DNA of 64,000 nucleotides from Helicobacter sp. (GTDB lineage Bacteria; Campylobacterota; Campylobacteria; Campylobacterales; Helicobacteraceae): NCBI GenBank assembly GCA_022511145.1, contig JAFLSC010000002.1, positions 4,208 to 68,207 of the forward strand, read 5' to 3'. Shown piece by piece: positions 53,605 to 63,162 of this stretch (position 1 is its first letter; each line of letters starts with the position of its first letter). The notes under the pieces were generated by a model. It saw only the letters and a program-made list of their open reading frames with translations, ran no database searches and was not told where the DNA came from. The position numbers and the translations under genes were made by a program.

Positions 53605-54666
53605 CTAATCATCTTCAATCTCATTAGCACGAGATTTACGTTGTATTTCAAGCATTTCAAGAATTTCTTTAACTTGGTCTTTTTCAGTTTTAATCATCTC
53701 TTTAACTTCAATTGTTTTGCGATAACGATGCAATCCGATTCCTGCCAAGAATTTCTCTCTCCCATCAACATTAATAATCACTGTATCATCAGCAGGTCGA
53801 TTCAAACGCACAATATCGCCCACATCTAAATCTAAAATTTCACGCATTGAAAGCTTAGTTTCTCCCAAAACTGCTGCAACATTAACTTTCGCTCCACCAA
53901 GTAGGGCTTGAAGTTCTTTGTTTCTTGATTTTTTGGAACTTGTCTCACTAAGCATAATATCCCGATTTGCCAAACGCGAAAGCACAGATTCTAAAGAAAT
54001 AACGGGATAACAAAGGTTCATCATACCGCTACTATGCCCGATGATAATTTCCATTACCACCATAATAACAATCTCATTTTGTGCAACAATTTGCACAACA
54101 TTAGGGCTTGATTCTTTCACATCAACGGTGGGGAATATCTCTGTAACCGGTGCCCACGCTTCTTTGAGATTTTGCATCATTTGCCGCAAAATCGTATCAA
54201 GCAAATTCAATTCTATATCGCTAAATTCACGCGTAGATTCATAAGGGTCGCCTTTTCCACCCAAAAGCCTATCAATCATTGGAAAAGCAATACTAGGGTT
54301 AATCTCTAAAACGCCTGTTCCATCTAAGGGTTTCATTGAAAAAACATTAAAGCTCGTAGGTGAGGGCAAACTCATTAAAAATTCCCCATAAGTCATTTGA
54401 TCCACACTATGGAGCTGAATCTCAACGATAGAACGCATAATCGCAGAAATTTGGCTAGAGAGGCTTCGTGCCATTTTATCGTGAATCCCCCTAAAAGCAC
54501 GCAACTGCTCTTTACTCACACGATTAGGACGTTTAAAGTCATAAAGTGTGATTTGTCGTTGCTGCACTACGGCGGGTTTTTCTAACTCTTCTTGGACTTC
54601 CTCGCCACCATCATCAACAACTTCTAAGAGGGCATCAATCTCTTCTTGACTTAAAATATCAGCCAT
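53605..54666 (-). CDS. fliM: Flagellar motor switch protein FliM
   Basis: MADILSQEEIDALL, YDFKRPNRVSKEQLR. Confidence 0.98.
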   Translation of the reverse strand: MADILSQEEIDALLEVVDDGGEEVQEELEKPAVVQQRQITLYDFKRPNRVSKEQLRAFRGIHDKMARSLSSQISAIMRSIVEIQLHSVDQMTYGEFLMSLPSPTSFNVFSMKPLDGTGVLEINPSIAFPMIDRLLGGKGDPYESTREFSDIELNLLDTILRQMMQNLKEAWAPVTEIFPTVDVKESSPNVVQIVAQNEIVIMVVMEIIIGHSSGMMNLCYPVISLESVLSRLANRDIMLSETSSKKSRNKELQALLGGAKVNVAAVLGETKLSMREILDLDVGDIVRLNRPADDTVIINVDGREKFLAGIGLHRYRKTIEVKEMIKTEKDQVKEILEMLEIQRKSRANEIEDD

Positions 54667-55417
54667 TATATCCTCCTTTTATAAGTTGCTCTTTGATTTT
54701 GCGAATCACGGCTTTATGGATTTGCGAAACACGCGATTCGCTCACATTGAGAATCTCACTAATCTCCTTAAAATTAAGCTCCTCATAATAATAAAGCTGA
54801 ATCAATAATTGCTCATTCTCGCTAGCTTTAGCAAGAATATCCTCAATAATCTCAATGAGTTCTTGTTTTTCAATCTTATTATAAGTTTGGTCATCGCTCA
54901 TTGCAGCAAGCTGCTCATCTAAAGGCAGAGTGGTATAAATCTCACCGGCTATTCTTGCTTGGGCGATTTTGTCCTCTTCCTCGCCCAAAACCTTACTCAA
55001 ATAAGCATTATCAGGCTCTTCTTGGTGTTCATTATAATATTTAGAAATCTCATAATCCACCTTTTTCATTAAAACCCGCATTTGACGGCTCACACAATCC
55101 AAACTCCGCAGATAATCCAACATTGCTCCATAAACACGCGTTTTTGCATAACCCCAAAAAGAATCATTAACGCGAGAGTCATACCGCCTTGCAAGTTTAA
55201 TTAATTCCTCTGTGCCAATAGAAACAAGGTCAGCAAATTCAACATTAGGGGGTAGCCGCTCTTTGAGATGATATGCCATTGCTTTAAGAGCAGGGAGATA
55301 GTCTATGGCAAGCTGGTCTTGATTGCTTTTAATCACGCTTTGGTAGCTATTGATATTCTTAGGCATTGTTATTCTCTTTTGAAGTTTGTTTTTTTGTCGC
55401 TTCTTGCTGTTGTTCAA
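54659..55417 (-). CDS. fliA: Flagellar sigma factor sigma28 (start may be 55366)
   Basis: DLVSIG..ELIKLARRYD, GAMLDYLRSLD, EELNFKEI..ILNVSESRVSQIH. Confidence 0.96.
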   Translation of the reverse strand: MNNSKKRQKNKLQKRITMPKNINSYQSVIKSNQDQLAIDYLPALKAMAYHLKERLPPNVEFADLVSIGTEELIKLARRYDSRVNDSFWGYAKTRVYGAMLDYLRSLDCVSRQMRVLMKKVDYEISKYYNEHQEEPDNAYLSKVLGEEEDKIAQARIAGEIYTTLPLDEQLAAMSDDQTYNKIEKQELIEIIEDILAKASENEQLLIQLYYYEELNFKEISEILNVSESRVSQIHKAVIRKIKEQLIKGGYNG

Positions 55418-55748
55418 GCATTTCTTCTTCTTGCATTGTTCTTTCCATTGTCCTTAAGAAGCCACGAATCCGATTGGTCATTTTTTCTCGGCGGTCAAAT
55501 TCCTCAATGTATTCTTCTAATATGTGATTATAAGAAGGCTTACGAGTTTTTTTCTCTTCATAATTAAAAAATCGGATAAAAAATGAGGCACTCACTAAAG
55601 TAATAAGATAAAATCCCATTGTTGAGATAAAAGTCCCCGCAATAATCATTTCAGCTTCATCAAATTTTAAAGAGGATAACAATAAACCAATAAAAAAACC
55701 GCTAACAATAGCAAAGCTTAAGAAGTTATCCATTCTGAGTTTAATCAT
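55359..55748 (-). CDS. Conserved small membrane protein between flhG and fliA
   Basis: Two TM segments plus charged tail; conserved position in the Helicobacter/Campylobacter operon. Confidence 0.65.
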   Translation of the reverse strand: MIKLRMDNFLSFAIVSGFFIGLLLSSLKFDEAEMIIAGTFISTMGFYLITLVSASFFIRFFNYEEKKTRKPSYNHILEEYIEEFDRREKMTNRIRGFLRTMERTMQEEEMLEQQQEATKKQTSKENNNA

Positions 55749-55771
55749 CTCTTATCCTTAAAAATGGGCTT

Positions 55772-56629
55772 TTAGAAATGTCCCAATATCCTTTTAAAAA
55801 ATTTTCCAAATCTTTTATCCTCTTGAACTAGCACATTTCGTTCCAATTTTTTTGCCAAGCTCCTTGCTACCTCTTCTGTTTCCATTGAAGGAGAAGAATT
55901 AGGCTCCTCTTTGACGAAAATCCCTCGATTTTTTGTGTAATGATTAATAAGACTATTTTTGGAGAGCTTACCAATAAGCTCCAAACTAACACTTTTAATA
56001 TTGCTTTGAGCAATCTTTTGGATTTTATCAAAAATCAAATCAGCCTCTTGATTACTTTTTGCCATATTAATAAGCATAAAAATACGATTTTTATACACTG
56101 AGGCGAGTTTGATTGTGGCATAAGCATCAGTGATTGCCGCAGGGTCTGGGACGGTTAGCACAATCACATCATCACTATTTTTTAAAAAGACTTGCGTGTA
56201 TTCCCCAATCCCCGCACCTGTATCAATAATCACAAAATCCAAATTATCAAGCAACGAGGAATCCTCAATAAAAGTTTCAAACATAAATTCACTTTTATAG
56301 CGGAAAATATCTGTCCCTGAATCACCGGGTATCAAATACAATCCGTGTTCAATAGGCACAATAATATCTTTAAGCCGAGCCTGATTTCTTAAGACGTGCA
56401 AAAGATTTTTTTCGCAACGCACCCCAAACATCACATCAAGATTTGCCAAACCAATATCCGCATCAAAAATCCCTACTTTAAAACCTATTTGCCAAAGCTT
56501 ATAAGCTAAATTAGCACTAAAAGTTGATTTGCCCACACCTCCTTTGCCACTTGTGATGGCAATAAATTTCGTATCACATTTTTTGTCATCATTTAAGAGT
56601 AACTCCAAATTAGCCGCTTGATTTTTCAT
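55772..56629 (-). CDS. flhG: MinD-like flagellar number regulator FlhG
   Basis: MKNQA start, TSGKGGVGKS, DADIGLANLD, DTGAG. Confidence 0.93.
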   Translation of the reverse strand: MKNQAANLELLLNDDKKCDTKFIAITSGKGGVGKSTFSANLAYKLWQIGFKVGIFDADIGLANLDVMFGVRCEKNLLHVLRNQARLKDIIVPIEHGLYLIPGDSGTDIFRYKSEFMFETFIEDSSLLDNLDFVIIDTGAGIGEYTQVFLKNSDDVIVLTVPDPAAITDAYATIKLASVYKNRIFMLINMAKSNQEADLIFDKIQKIAQSNIKSVSLELIGKLSKNSLINHYTKNRGIFVKEEPNSSPSMETEEVARSLAKKLERNVLVQEDKRFGKFFKRILGHF

Positions 56630-56630
56630 T

Positions 56631-58016
56631 CTAACCCTTAATAAACCCATCAAGCAGACAATCAACCAAAAAATCACTACTGGCTATATTTAAATCATTA
56701 GGCACTTCTTGCCCGATAGAAAAATAGCTTGTGGATTTTTTGGTTTCATAAATGAGAGAAAAAATATTCCCAAAACTATGGGTTTCATCAAGCTTGGTAA
56801 AAATCAAAGTATCAATCCCCAAAGTAGAAAAAGTATGATAAATGTCTTTTAAATCTTCATATTTTGTTGTGGCACTCATCACCAAATTCACATCAATTTT
56901 GCTATTAGCATCAGCATTAACAAAACTTTTTAGGGATTCTAGCTTCGCCCTGTCGTGTTGAGAGCTTCCCACCGTGTCAATTAAAATATAATCGCAATAT
57001 TTCAAGGAATCCAAAGCATTCACAAATTCTTCGGTATCCACCACCGTATCAATGCTTAATTTCATCTTTTTAGCATAAAACATTAGCTGATCCACTGCCC
57101 CAATCCGATAAGTGTCCAAAGTAATAATACCCACTTTATAGTTTTTATTAAGCATTCGGGAATAACGTGCAGCAAGCTTAGCTAAAGTCGTTGTTTTTCC
57201 CACTCCTGTTGGACCAACAAACATCATAATATTTTTCCCATTGCTATTGAGATTCTCTGTCCTGCAATACACCATTTTTCTTAACACTTCGCGGAAGTAA
57301 CGTTTAATCAATACAGAATTTTCACGCATTTTAATAGGCATTAGCTCCAAGGTAAGCTGCATAATCTTATCGAGGTGTTCTTTTGCCATTCCGCTTCCTT
57401 TAGCAATACGGAAAATCTCGGCAAATTCGTGTGGGATAATAAGCCCCTCTCTTTTAGGTCCCCTCTCCTCCCAAAACATATTTTGGATAAGTTTAAGCTT
57501 ATCATTAAGTCTATCAATCTCGCCACGGATTGCTTTTAAATCGCCACTTTCTGTTTTGGATTTTTTTTCTTCCTTTTTGCTTGGGGACTCTTTTTTATCT
57601 AGGGCGGGTTTAGTTTCTTGCTTGTTATAAGCTGTTGTGGGTGGCGGAGGCATTGTTGTGGGTAAATTAGCAATCTGTGAAATTTGCCTCACCGCATCAG
57701 AGAGTTGCAAAGAAACATCTTCAGGCAAACTCGCTGCGGCATTAGCGGCTCGTCTTTTCTCTAATTCCTTAGCCGCAATAAGCTCTAAACGCTCGGCTAT
57801 ATTATTATTTTTTGCGACAAAAGCGTCCTCTCTTTGTTCTTTCTTTTTGTTTTCTTGTACTCTTTTTAAATCCTCTTCATTGATTGCCACAGAAATTTCA
57901 TAACTCCCATCAGAAAGTTTTTTTTGCGAAATGATTGAACACTCATCGCCTAATTCTTGTTTTGCTTGTGCTAAAGCTAAGGCAGAAGTCTCTGCTTTGT
58001 AAGTAAAAAGTTTCAT
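56631..58016 (-). CDS. flhF: SRP-family GTPase FlhF
   Basis: GPTGVGKTTTLAKLAA, DTYRIGA, DTVGSS, TKLDET, GQEVP. Confidence 0.96.
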   Translation of the reverse strand: MKLFTYKAETSALALAQAKQELGDECSIISQKKLSDGSYEISVAINEEDLKRVQENKKKEQREDAFVAKNNNIAERLELIAAKELEKRRAANAAASLPEDVSLQLSDAVRQISQIANLPTTMPPPPTTAYNKQETKPALDKKESPSKKEEKKSKTESGDLKAIRGEIDRLNDKLKLIQNMFWEERGPKREGLIIPHEFAEIFRIAKGSGMAKEHLDKIMQLTLELMPIKMRENSVLIKRYFREVLRKMVYCRTENLNSNGKNIMMFVGPTGVGKTTTLAKLAARYSRMLNKNYKVGIITLDTYRIGAVDQLMFYAKKMKLSIDTVVDTEEFVNALDSLKYCDYILIDTVGSSQHDRAKLESLKSFVNADANSKIDVNLVMSATTKYEDLKDIYHTFSTLGIDTLIFTKLDETHSFGNIFSLIYETKKSTSYFSIGQEVPNDLNIASSDFLVDCLLDGFIKG

Positions 58017-58570
58017 TGTCGCCCCAATAAAGGAATTTTTACACTCTCCCGATTTGCCCATTCTTTGTGAGGAATTTGCAAATGCTTAAGTGTAATTTTT
58101 TTGTTTTTAAACCCTAAAATATCAATATCCAAGCTACGGGGTGCATTTTTGAAAATCCGTTTCCTTTCTCTCCCAAAAAGACGCTCTAAATACATCATAT
58201 AAGAGAAAAAATCCCCATAGCCTTGCTGTGTTTTAACCCAAACAATCGCATTATAAAAATCTGCTTGAGCCTTGTAACCAAAAGCAGGATTTTTATAAAA
58301 TAAAGATTGATGAATTATAACATTTTTTTTATTTTGTATCCTCTTAAAAAATTGCCAAAATGTAACCAAAACATTTCCTTGATTTCCTCCTAATCCCAAA
58401 ATACAATAGTTTTTAAGCTTAGAAGCACACAAAAAAGAATCATAAGGATTAGCTAGAGTGGCAATAAATTTTGGCAAACGATTTTTAGGCATAAAAAGTT
58501 TAGCAATTTTAGGATTTTTTCTCAAAGGTTTTTTTTCAAAAAGCCAATGCCTCTCTTTTAAAAGCGTCAT
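58013..58570 (-). CDS. folK: HPPK (2-amino-4-hydroxy-6-hydroxymethyldihydropteridine diphosphokinase)
   Basis: LGLGGN, FYNA, E..FGR.R...NAPRSLDIDIL, IPH; start uncertain (58570 or 58618). Confidence 0.9.
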   Translation of the reverse strand: MTLLKERHWLFEKKPLRKNPKIAKLFMPKNRLPKFIATLANPYDSFLCASKLKNYCILGLGGNQGNVLVTFWQFFKRIQNKKNVIIHQSLFYKNPAFGYKAQADFYNAIVWVKTQQGYGDFFSYMMYLERLFGRERKRIFKNAPRSLDIDILGFKNKKITLKHLQIPHKEWANRESVKIPLLGRQ

Positions 58571-58607
58571 TTTATAAGCATAAAGAGAAAAATAAGAATC
58601 ATCTTTT

Positions 58608-59651
58608 CTAGTCTCCAAGAATCTTTGCTCCTTTAGAAGTTACAACAACCAAATCTTCAATCCTTACACCCAGTTGATTTGGTAGATAAATGCCCGGCTC
58701 CACAGAAAACACCATACCTTCTTCCAATTTCGCCTTACTTTTAGCAGAAATAATGGGTAATTCGTGAATATCAAGCCCAATCCCGTGTCCAGTGGAATGC
58801 ACGAAATATTTGCCATAACCCGCTTTATCAATGACTTCACGGGCTAGAGCGTCAATATCGCAAGCAAGCATTCCGGGCTTTATGCCTTTGATTGCCCTCT
58901 CTTGTGCTATTCTCACGGTGTCATAGATTTTTTGCAAAGTCGAATTTTTAAAATCCTGCTCTTTAGAAAAGCTCAATCCCTCTTTGCCAAAATACCCTGT
59001 CCTTGTCATATCAGAGCAATAACCTCGGTATTTAATTCCCGCATCAAAAAGCAATAAATCACCTTGTTGGAGCTTATCTTTAGAGGGGAGAGCGTGAGGT
59101 TTAGCAGCATTGCCATTAATCCCCACAATAGGATTAAAACTCAAATCATATTTTCCTTTTTGCCCCAAAAATTCCTTAGCTTTAAAATGCAAAAAAGATT
59201 CTCTTTTATTCTCGCCTTTTTTGGAGATAAATTTTGCAAACTGCCTAAAAGCCCTAAAATTTCGTTTTTGGGAGGCTTCTATAAGTTGAATTTCCTCTTG
59301 AGTCTTAATGATACGCTTTTCTTGATGAAAATTAGGCTTGGGGATAAATTTTGTTTTCAAATCAGCTTTGAGCCGCTCAAAATCAAAGACTGAAAATTCC
59401 TGCGGATTATAAAGGATTTGAGCTTTGGGGTATTTTTTGAGAATACTCCGCACATTGCGAATCAAATCCCTTGTAATTTGAAGCTGTATGTCATATTTTG
59501 TTGTTTTGATATGTTCTTGGGCTTCAACTTCATAGCGTCCATCAGTAATGAACCACCCTTTATCGCCTAAAGCCAAAAAAATAGCATTATCACAGCTATA
59601 ACCTGTCTCAAAATAAAGTGCATTTTCATTTTGAATAATAAAACCTTCCAC
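58608..59651 (-). CDS. Xaa-Pro aminopeptidase (M24B)
   Basis: DAG, SDMTRT, HSTGHGIGLDIHE, EPGIY, GVRIED. Confidence 0.93.
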   Translation of the reverse strand: MEGFIIQNENALYFETGYSCDNAIFLALGDKGWFITDGRYEVEAQEHIKTTKYDIQLQITRDLIRNVRSILKKYPKAQILYNPQEFSVFDFERLKADLKTKFIPKPNFHQEKRIIKTQEEIQLIEASQKRNFRAFRQFAKFISKKGENKRESFLHFKAKEFLGQKGKYDLSFNPIVGINGNAAKPHALPSKDKLQQGDLLLFDAGIKYRGYCSDMTRTGYFGKEGLSFSKEQDFKNSTLQKIYDTVRIAQERAIKGIKPGMLACDIDALAREVIDKAGYGKYFVHSTGHGIGLDIHELPIISAKSKAKLEEGMVFSVEPGIYLPNQLGVRIEDLVVVTSKGAKILGD

Positions 59652-59679
59652 TTTGCTCCCCCTTTATGCCATCTGTTTT

Positions 59680-59820
59680 GTCATTACAAGAAAGAATCAT
59701 CATTGCAAGATTGCTTCAGTCGTCATTACGAGAATCCGCAAGGATTCGCAGCAATCTTTCTTTGAGATTTTTGAGATTGCCTCGTCATTGCGAGAGTTCG
59801 CAAGAACTCGTGGCAATTTC
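59680..59820. repeat. Cluster of CGTC-type REP-like hairpins inside the aroQ-pepP spacer
   Basis: CGTCATTACGAG-AATCC-GCAA-GGATT-CGCAGCAATCT 59721-59757; CGTCATTGC-GAGAGTTC-GCAA-GAACTC-GTGGCAAT 59783-59817. Confidence 0.8.
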
Positions 59821-59836
59821 CCTTGCAAATGCAATC

Positions 59837-60325
59837 CTACTGATTTTGCGGATTTTGTCGCATTTGTTCTTGAGCGGCTTTTATGGCATTGATTTCATTA
59901 AGAATTTGCGAGATTCCTTGCAAAGCAAGATGATAGCCAATCGCACCAAATCCTGCTACAACAGCCGTGCAAGCTTCAGCAGTCAAACTTTTTTGTCGGA
60001 ATTCCTCTCTAGCGTGGATATTAGTAATATGCACTTCAATAGTGGGCAAATTCACCGCACTAATAGCATCACGAATCGCCACAGAAGTGTGCGAATACCC
60101 AGCAGGATTGATAATAATCCCATCACATTGCCCTAAGCACTCTTGGATTTTATCGATAATTTCACCCTCAAAATTGCTTTGAAAAAAATCAACCTCAATC
60201 CCTAATTGCTCGGCGTGTTTTTGGACATTTTGATGAATCGCTTCAAGCTTAATAGGTCCATAAATGCGTGGCTCTCGAATCCCCAAAAGATTGAGATTAG
60301 GTCCTTGAATCACCATAACTTTCAT
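59837..60325 (-). CDS. aroQ: Type II 3-dehydroquinate dehydratase
   Basis: [45 protein letters not shown]. Confidence 0.97.
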   Translation of the reverse strand: MKVMVIQGPNLNLLGIREPRIYGPIKLEAIHQNVQKHAEQLGIEVDFFQSNFEGEIIDKIQECLGQCDGIIINPAGYSHTSVAIRDAISAVNLPTIEVHITNIHAREEFRQKSLTAEACTAVVAGFGAIGYHLALQGISQILNEINAIKAAQEQMRQNPQNQ

Positions 60326-60533
60326 TACAAGACTCCTTATATAAATAATAAATTATAGCAAAAGATTAGTAAAAACTGCAAAAATTAGATTTGGGTTGGA
60401 TTTGGTGGGAGTTTAGAATCCTAAAATCAGGATAAAAATATTAAAACTTTAAGACAAATCAGTATTTTAGTTAAAGCATAAAGTTTTAGCTTAAAAATTT
60501 CAAACAACAAATAAAGCTAACAATGAAAATAAT

Positions 60534-62768
60534 TTAAATTTCCATTGTTTTCCTCAAACAAACCCTCTTTATAGGATAAAACAAAGGATTTTTAGAGTCA
60601 GAAAAGAAAGCTTTTGGGTTTTTAAGTAATTTTCTAAGCAGTCTATAAGCTTTAAATCTTTCTAAAAAATGAGGCATACTAATGCCAAGTCTTAATTTTT
60701 CATCTATTTTATTAGCTCTTAAAAAGGACTTATAATTTTTCTTAAGCTCATAAGCAAAGGGGAGGTAATGCAAAGAATCAAGCTTGTATTCTTGTTTTTT
60801 AAAGCATTTTGCATCTAAAACTTTGCTTTTTCCAAGTCTAATTTGATAAAAATTCCATTTTATCGTTCTTCTAAAATCTGAATTTTCTTTAAAATTTTTA
60901 AGCACCACAGATTCAGTATTTGCAAAAGAGTAAAAATCCTCTTTAAGATACTTGATAAAACGCAACATTTTCTCCTCATTAAAATGAAATTTTCCCTCTA
61001 AAATTTCATCAATTTTGGCTTTTAATTCCTCTTTAGTATGAGCTTCTAAATTAAGTTCCTCAAAACGATAAAAAGCCCTCGCACAAAGCACAGCAGGAAT
61101 TTTTGAAATCATCGCATAAAGTCCAACACCCGAATTTAAACACACACAAGCACAAGCAATATTCAGTAAAGAAAGGATTGAGCATTCATCATCTGCAAAG
61201 ATTAAATTATCATAGGCTTTTTTATCAAGCTCTATGGCTAGAGGGTGTTTTTTGCACACAAAAACCACTTGTTCTTTTGCATACAAAGGAGCAAGCTCAT
61301 TAAGAATTTGCAAAAAGCCCTCATAAGTAAAAGGCTCTTTGGTGAAAAATCTTATTGCTGTATCACTTTCAACTTGCAAAGGCACGAAAATAACCTTTTT
61401 ATGACGCACTCCTAAGCTTTCTTTAAGTTCATTTTCACTAAAAAATTGATTTTTATCCTCCAAAAAAGAATCACCTCTTAAAAGCTCACTAACATAAGCC
61501 TTAGTTCTGCTTAATTCCTCCTCGTTTATTGCCTTATTCCACAAAATTTCATCGTAATTTTTAGAATCCGCTAAAAAGCCACTATCATCAAAAAACCAAG
61601 AGTCTGGAAAAGCCCCTCTTTCAAAGATAAAAAAGGGGATTTGTTTTTCTCTCATAAACTCATATATTTTTTGTATTGTAACTCTTGCGTAAGGATTAAA
61701 GCACATAAACCTTGTGATTTGATTTTTTTCTATAAAACTTAAAAATCTTTGTTCATTAAATTCCTCATCATCAAAAAATATATTCTCACTCGCACTCACA
61801 TATTCACCTAAAAATACACAAGGTTTTTGAAATAATTTAAACACATAAGATTTCTCATAACAAAGTATGCAAATTTTTTCTTGGGTATTTGCAAAAGTTA
61901 AAGAATCAAGTTCAACAGGCTTTAAAAGTCTTTTTTCAAAAAATCTTTGGTTTTTATGTGTATTGCTTAGATAGTTGTTTTGATTTGGTCTTTGATGATA
62001 GAGATGATACAGATAAATTCCACTCAAACTTGCTTCAAGTCCTAGCACAGAAAATAAAGAACGAAAGCCTTTAAACTGCTCAAAATCCCAACTTTGTGAA
62101 AAATATTTCAAATGTTTTGGCAAAAGCTCAAAATTTGCACAATGCCTTAAAAGCCTCCATAAAAAGTCAAAATCCTCACTTCCAAAACCTATATAGCTAT
62201 CATCATATCCACCAAGCTCTAAATAGGTATAAGTGTTTAAGATTATAGAACTTGAAGCTTTCATAAAAAAGTGAATTGATTCCTTTTTTCTATAAATCAA
62301 ATCCTGTAAAATTTCAAGTTCCGCTAATTCTTTGTTTGCGAATTTTAAACTTCCTGCCTCATTTAAAAATATGCAAGGTAAAACCAAAAACGCGGCAGGG
62401 TTTTGGTGAATTTGTTTTATTTCTATGATTTTTAGAATTTTTTTGAGATTTTGTATCGTTAAAATATAATCAACATCTAAAACCATCATACAAGGAGTTT
62501 TTGTATGTCTTGCTGCGAAATTTCTACATTGTCCTTGTGAAAAATACTCTTTTTGACTTTCATCTTTAAGATAAAGATGCCCATTTTCTTTTATAATCCT
62601 TGCACATTCTAAGGAGGCTTCTAAAGGGGTACTAGAATAGCCCTCAACAAAGATATAACAAACTTTCTCATCGCTTTTAAATTCTTTAGCTTTTAAAATC
62701 ACTCTATCTTTGATATAGGCTCTTTCTTTACTCAAACCAAAGGGAATGATGATGGTTAAAAGTGGCAT
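60534..62768 (-). CDS. Two-domain glycosyltransferase: GT2-like N-terminus plus capsule-biosynthesis KpsS/LipB (GT107-like) C-terminus
   Basis: IIIPF, LDVD, GGYDDSYIGFGSEDFD; then FVPLQVESDTAI, KKHP, NSGVGLYA. Confidence 0.75.
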   Translation of the reverse strand: MPLLTIIIPFGLSKERAYIKDRVILKAKEFKSDEKVCYIFVEGYSSTPLEASLECARIIKENGHLYLKDESQKEYFSQGQCRNFAARHTKTPCMMVLDVDYILTIQNLKKILKIIEIKQIHQNPAAFLVLPCIFLNEAGSLKFANKELAELEILQDLIYRKKESIHFFMKASSSIILNTYTYLELGGYDDSYIGFGSEDFDFLWRLLRHCANFELLPKHLKYFSQSWDFEQFKGFRSLFSVLGLEASLSGIYLYHLYHQRPNQNNYLSNTHKNQRFFEKRLLKPVELDSLTFANTQEKICILCYEKSYVFKLFQKPCVFLGEYVSASENIFFDDEEFNEQRFLSFIEKNQITRFMCFNPYARVTIQKIYEFMREKQIPFFIFERGAFPDSWFFDDSGFLADSKNYDEILWNKAINEEELSRTKAYVSELLRGDSFLEDKNQFFSENELKESLGVRHKKVIFVPLQVESDTAIRFFTKEPFTYEGFLQILNELAPLYAKEQVVFVCKKHPLAIELDKKAYDNLIFADDECSILSLLNIACACVCLNSGVGLYAMISKIPAVLCARAFYRFEELNLEAHTKEELKAKIDEILEGKFHFNEEKMLRFIKYLKEDFYSFANTESVVLKNFKENSDFRRTIKWNFYQIRLGKSKVLDAKCFKKQEYKLDSLHYLPFAYELKKNYKSFLRANKIDEKLRLGISMPHFLERFKAYRLLRKLLKNPKAFFSDSKNPLFYPIKRVCLRKTMEI

Positions 62769-62785
62769 AATTTGTCCTTTCTTAT

Positions 62786-62805
62786 TTGAAAATAGAAGTT
62801 TTCAA
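62786..62805. repeat. Left arm of a perfect 20-bp inverted repeat; dif-like recombinase site
   Basis: TTGAAAA-TAGAAG-TTTTCAA; exact reverse complement of 62918-62937. Confidence 0.95.
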
Positions 62806-62917
62806 ACTAAAAATTTACGCAAATAAGGCATTTACAAGAGTTTTTAAAAAAGAGTTTTAAATGTTCTTAATGAAAAGAGTTTGCGATATTTAAGGAAAAA
62901 ACAGATACAATAAAGTA
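62806..62917. promoter_or_regulatory. 112-bp candidate invertible promoter segment
   Basis: TACAAT (+) at 62906-62911 and TAAATT (-) at 62812-62817, each exactly 6 nt from an IR; AAGAGTTT three times inside. Confidence 0.6.
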
Positions 62918-62937
62918 TTGAAAACTTCTATTTTCAA
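62918..62937. repeat. Right arm of a perfect 20-bp inverted repeat; dif-like recombinase site
   Basis: TTGAAAA-CTTCTA-TTTTCAA. Confidence 0.95.
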
Positions 62938-62956
62938 GACAAAATTTACTTTACTT

Positions 62957-63068
62957 CGTCATTATGGGAAATTCCTTGTCATTACAAGAAAAATCGCAAA
63001 GGTTTTCGTGGCAATCTCACTCAAAAAACAACAAAAGATTGCTTTGGCTTACGCCTCGCAATAATGGC
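62957..63068. repeat. CGTC-type REP/MITE-like element
   Basis: TGTCATTACAAG..GCAA..GTGGCAATCT (62977-63017) facing AGATTGCTT..CCTCGCAATAATGGC. Confidence 0.7.
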
Positions 63069-63162
63069 GACTTTATAAAGATTCCTAGCTTAAAAGATTT
63101 AAGAAAATGTGGAATTTCACTTATCTTAGGCTATAATTGCATAATCTATTTTAAAGGAAAGA

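Noticed and set aside
51828-58330. T9 runs in mnmA (near 51828) and folK (near 58322) as phase-variable tracts
   Set aside because: They encode Lys-rich stretches in intact essential genes; such runs are expected at this AT content
59680-59820. CRISPR array
   Set aside because: Units are imperfect, vary internally, and lack constant repeats with regular unique spacers; no cas genes
59653-60182. ORFs 59653-59892, 59666-60136 and 59967-60182 (+)
   Set aside because: They run through REP hairpins and antisense to aroQ; no RBS or recognisable motifs
62786-62937. The dif-like sites as the true chromosomal terminus dif
   Set aside because: They are about 36 kb from oriC, occur as an inverted pair, and the + strand appears C-rich on both sides, with no skew switch at the site
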